Notes under the pieces: generated by a model
What the model saw: only the letters and a program-made list of their open reading frames with translations
Told to the model about the DNA's origin: nothing
Database searches by the model: none
Shown: positions 59,106 to 64,000 of the stretch, in pieces
How the letters are laid out: the number at the start of each line of letters is the position of its first letter
Numbering within the stretch: the stretch's first letter is position 1
NCBI RefSeq assembly: GCF_009914755.1
Contig: NC_060932.1
Source: the human T2T-CHM13v2.0 reference genome, Homo sapiens
Reading direction: 5' to 3' (one strand)
Length of the DNA stretch: 64,000 nucleotides
Program-made: the position numbers and the translations under genes

Positions 59106-59589
59106 TAGGACAAATTAAAATCTGAGTAATCTCAAAATTGAGTCTCAATAATCAGTATTATTGAGTTTCAATAAATCAATTTTGTCCAGTGTCCAAGCTC
59201 CACCCCCAGAGTTGAGTCCCACTTCTTACCTCACTGGGGCCTGGTAAAGCCCATAAATGGATATCTAAAGCCAAATAAGGGATATCTGAGAAAGATATCA
59301 AAGAACTAAACACTCGATCTTCTAAGGATAGAGCAAAAAGGGCTAAAAAAAATAGCAAATAACCTTTTAGGATCCATCCCTAAAGTGTTTCCTCACAATA
59401 ACTGGTATATTATTCAATCTTTTAAACAGAAAAAGAATTAACCAGTCTTTGAGCATAAGGCAAGATTAGAAGTATCCACATTTAGTCCAGGCATGTAAAA
59501 CGCTTGCCCTATACTTCAGGAGGCTCCACTCTATGTTTAGGATTCTAGTTGTAAAGCACAAGCTGACTTGAGAACTCACAATCTAGCTG

Positions 59590-60110
59590 AATTCATCTTC
59601 AAAATATGCCTCTCTGGCATAAGGACTGTTTTCTTCTGGTTATTTCAAAACCCTTTTGTAAGTGAAATTTACATCTATAAAGGAAATCTCAATTTGTAAG
59701 TATGTGTCCCTCTCTGCACCAGATAGAAAAGGCAGACTAAATCACTAGAGAATGGAGAAAGCGTTGACTTAAATCTACATCGCAAACTTTACCTGTGTTT
59801 AACCCATTTATGCCTGAGGTTGCAATTTTTTGATTTTTGCAATTAGACCTTGGTGATGACCTCAGGCAGTAGGATATAAATCACTCCCACACGCTTAGCA
59901 TTCCAAATAATGGAACACTAGTTAAGGTGCTTTTCTGGCCATCTTGCCTTAATTGAGAATTTACCTATATCCTTCTTTCTATTCTTTCAGCAAATGATAG
60001 TATTTAGGCCTGAAGTCTAATCTCAGTGCCTTCGAAATGTAAGTTTTTCACCCTTTCTACTGAAGTACCTTGTAGCCATTCCTTTAAAAATACAAATTTA
60101 TGAGAGATCA
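59590..60110 (+). mobile_element. MER34-group ERV1 LTR fragment hosting MER85
   Basis: caaaatatgcctctctggcataaggactgtttt ... aaatttacatctataaaggaaatctc. Confidence 0.65.
59803..59921 (-). mobile_element. MER85 piggyBac (PGBD3-derived) MITE, one TIR largely deleted
   Basis: TTAA|cccatttatgcctgaggttgcaatttt...gcagtaggatataaat...ttccaaataatggaacactag|TTAA. Confidence 0.92.
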
Positions 60111-60399
60111 ATCATCAGAGAAAAACAAAAAAAATTATTTGGAAATTGGACAAAACATATATGTGTCAACATCATACATTCATATGTATATTAAGCTAAT
60201 TAAAGTAAGAACCTCCCATCAATCCAATCTCCAGAAAGTTAGAAGGAAGGAGGTCAGGAATGCAACAATTCTCACCACTGATTGCTCCTCAGAATTATTC
60301 ATACTATTAAAAAGAAATAATAGATTCCTGCTTCTGGCTAAGATAAATCAATAGGAACTGAATATAACCTCCTACTTGAAACAATCGAAACACAAAATA

Positions 60400-60809
60400 T
60401 TGATGTTCCTTTATTTATAATGGGATTATGTTCTGATAAAACCATAATAGGTTGAAAATATCTGTCAAAAATGCATTTAATATACTTGTCCTGCCAAACA
60501 TCATAGTTTAGCCTAGCCTACCTCAAACATGCTCAGAACACTGAGCCTACATTTGGGCAAAATCATCTTGCAGCACAGTACACCATAGAGTGTTGGTTGT
60601 TTATGGCCATGATTGTGTGGCTGACTGGGAATTGTGGGCCAGTGACCTTGCCCAACATAGTGAGAGAGTATCTTACCTCATATCATTAATCTGAGGAAAG
60701 GTTAATATTTAAAATTTGAAATATGGTCTCTACTGAATGCGTGTCACTTTAGCACTATTGTAAAGTCAAAAAATTGGAAATTGAACCATCATAAGTTGGG
60801 GACTGCCTG
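60400..60809. mobile_element. MER47B-like (Tigger5-derived) MITE
   Basis: gatgttcctttatttataatggg...agcctagcctacctcaaacatgctcagaacac...cataagttggggactgcctg followed by TA. Confidence 0.83.
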
Positions 60810-61618
60810 TATATGAAACAGTGGTTTTCAAGACATTGATTTAAGTCAGTGAAAGTCAGCGATTTCTGAAACAAGGAAAACAAATGAGGAAATCCTTATG
60901 ATTGTCACAGCTAACTGTCTTGAGAGTTTCTAGACCATGAAACCGGGAGGCAAAACTAGGTTGGGCTTGGAAGACTCCCTGAGTTGAGGAAACAGAGCAG
61001 AAATATGGGAAGACCAAATTGCCTAGAGTTCACAGAATGTATCATGGGTTAGGAGAGAATTAAACAGAGAGAAATCTAAACTCTGCAAAGCCCCCCATTA
61101 CTTAGCTGATTACTGATCCTGTGAGGAAACTATAGGAGGCTGCGTAAACCTATCTGGAAGTATGCTCAGTGCTCACATAGGGTTAGAAAAAGTGTCTATT
61201 GCTAATAGCCAGACTGGAAAATTTCATGATTCAAAGGGCATTCCTAGAGCATGCAGGAAGGAAATAATGAGCCACAGGCTGAGCATTGCTCTAGTCATGC
61301 CTCCATCCCTTGACCTCCCGCAACCCAAGCCCAACAAATCTTCAAAGCCAGACACAAAAGGATAAAAAGGCCTACAAGTAACTTAAAAGCATCACCCCAA
61401 AAAGCTCAAGTCTTTTTATAGTAATAAAATAAAACTAATGCTAGGAAAGGTAAAATCACAAAGTCTGGAATTCAGTAAAAAATAACTAGGCATACAATGA
61501 CACAGGAAAATGAGACACCTAATGGAGAAAAATATAAATCAAAACTAACTCAAAATTGACACAGAATTTAGAATTTAGAACAGACAAGACCATAAAAATA
61601 ATTGTTTTAACAGTATTC

Positions 61619-61928
<310 letters not shown>

Positions 61929-62968
61929 TATAACTGTATTGTATATGTTTAAAAATTTCAGTGAAGACATGGAAGCTAGGAAAAGATCCAGATGAAATTA
62001 GAACTTAAACTGCAATGTGTGTGATAAAGCATGCGCTATATGGAATTATCAGCAGATCATATATTTTAAAATACCAATAACCTTGAACATACTTCTAAAT
62101 AATCCACAGGTCGAAAGGGAAATAATAACAGAAATTATAAAATATTGAAGGAAAATTAAACATATGAAAATGTAGTAAATGCATTAAAAGTAGTAAGAAG
62201 ATGAAAACTTTTAATGACTATATTCAAAAAGAAAAAAAGTCTTGAATCAATACCAAAGCATCACCCTTAAGAGTTATGAAGACAAGAGCAAAGTAAAACC
62301 AAAGCCAACTGAAAGAAAAATATAAGGATAAAAAAATTATGAAATAGAAAACAGAAAAATGATCAAGAAAAGACAATCACAGCAATAAAACTAAAGTTTG
62401 GTTTTTGGAAAGAATCATCAGAATAAAATAATTCTTCAGCTAGAATCACCAAGAAAAAAAAGAAAAGGCACATATTAATAAAATGAGGAATGAAAGAGAC
62501 AACATCTCTATATCTACCTATAGTAATTATCTATCTATAATAATTAAAATTATTATAAGAAAATATTATGAAAAAATTTAGACCAAAAAATTGGACAACT
62601 TAACCAAAGTAGAAAATTTCTAGAAAAACAAAGATTATTAAAACCAACTAAAAAATAAATAAAAAACCTGAATATACTTATAAGAAGTAATGGATTGAAT
62701 TAGTCATTTAAAATCTCCAAATAAATAAAACATGGAGCCCAGGTGGCTTCACCACGAATTTAACAAAGAAATATTAAGATTTTTACACAAATTAATTCAG
62801 AAAAAATAAGGACTGTAGATACTTTCCATCTCATTTTTTGAGGCTAGTATTAATCTGATACCAAAGCTGAAGAAAGCTTCTTAAGAAAACTACAAAAGAA
62901 TATCACTCGTAAATATAGACGTAAAATTCCCTAACATAGGTTAGCAAACTGAATATACGAACTTAAAA

Positions 62969-62976
<8 letters not shown>

Positions 62977-63006
<30 letters not shown>
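62977..63006. repeat. (TA)n microsatellite at an Alu tail
   Basis: Direct observation. Confidence 0.93.
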
Positions 63007-63007
<1 letters not shown>

Positions 63008-63009
<2 letters not shown>

Positions 63010-63328
63010 TTTTTTTCTGAGATGGAGTCTCACTTTGTGGCCCAGGCTGGAGTGCAGTGGTGCGATCTTGGCTCACTGCAACCTCCGCCTCCCAGGTTCA
63101 AGTGATTGCAACCTCCACCTCCTGGGTTCGAGCGATTCTCTTGCCTCAGCCTCGTGAGTAGCTGGAACTACAGGTGCAGGACACCGCGCGCGACTAATTT
63201 TTGTATTTTTAGTAGAGATGAGGTTTCACCATCTTGGCCAGGATGGTTTTAATCTCCTGACCTCATGATCCACCAGCCTTATCTTCCCAAAGTGCTGGGA
63301 TTACAGTCATGAGCCACCACGCCCATCC
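63008..63328 (-). mobile_element. AluS (Sc/Sg-like) SINE with an internal 30-bp duplication
   Basis: gagatggagtctcact...ctcctgacctcatgatcc...gagccaccacgccc. Confidence 0.93.
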
Positions 63329-64000
63329 CAAAATAAGTATTTTTTACTGAAGAATTTTCAATAATACATGTAGATATCCCTCATCTAGGAGCTGGTTTGA
63401 ATTCCAACCTCCTGTCTCTTGAGGATAGACTTGATTTAAGACTCTCTTTCAAAGAATAGATTAGACAAAGGGGAAAATAGTAACTTTACCATGGCAAACT
63501 TTGGCAAACACTGTATTGTCTAAGTGATGAAGGTTAACATCATTAGTGATGTCATGTACATAACATGTACTTTCTGATATAATGTGACAAGAAGAACATT
63601 TTACATTGTATACGATAACAGGTACTAATCAACATTTAATGCATTTCTCCTGGCTAATTGCATTGCTATATTCACCACTACAAGCCACCTTTTGCTACCC
63701 TAATACCTCCAAAAATTACAATGACCTAATAAAAAGATGTTAATATATACTTAAGGAAAGTCAGCTATAATTACAAAAATACTCTCCTTGGCAAGTGTTC
63801 ACTCTGCAGGAACTCAGGCTCCACTGTTCTTTTAGTTTGCCACTATGATCCCTGTCCGGTTTTTGCAGAAGTCAGGGGAATAATAAGAATCTTACAGCAG
63901 CAATTAAGTTATTTAGTAAAAGACAAACAAACACCTCCATTCACAACCCATTGACCCCATGTATTTTCAATGGGAAGAGTAAGAGTTTTCTTTCTGTGTC

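Overview
Primate (very likely human) AT-rich genomic DNA, either intergenic or inside a large intron, made mostly of interspersed repeats. I found no intact protein-coding gene, tRNA, rRNA or CRISPR array. Most ORF-track entries are Alu, L1, LTR or microsatellite artefacts. The gene-like content is all fossil: (1) an old processed pseudogene of the mitochondrial carrier SLC25A43 (minus strand, CDS remnant 17645-18553), inserted into an old L1M; (2) a decayed ERVL-class gag-pro-pol (+ strand, ~4560-8770); (3) a full-length but disrupted Hsmar1 mariner (9871-13914), which sits in an Alu, carries a 144-bp insert copied from 1.5 kb upstream, and hosts an Alu+L1 unit bounded by one target-site duplication (TSD); (4) a full-length Tigger1; (5) two multi-kb L1PA fragments; (6) several solo LTRs with intact TSDs, including an LTR12; (7) a MER85 piggyBac MITE missing one terminal inverted repeat (TIR). 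I see no support for a new biological system. The most interesting signals are mutational and transpositional scars and a few candidate cryptic exons. Family and gene assignments come from remembered consensus sequences, not database searches, so subfamily names and the boundaries of old repeats are approximate.
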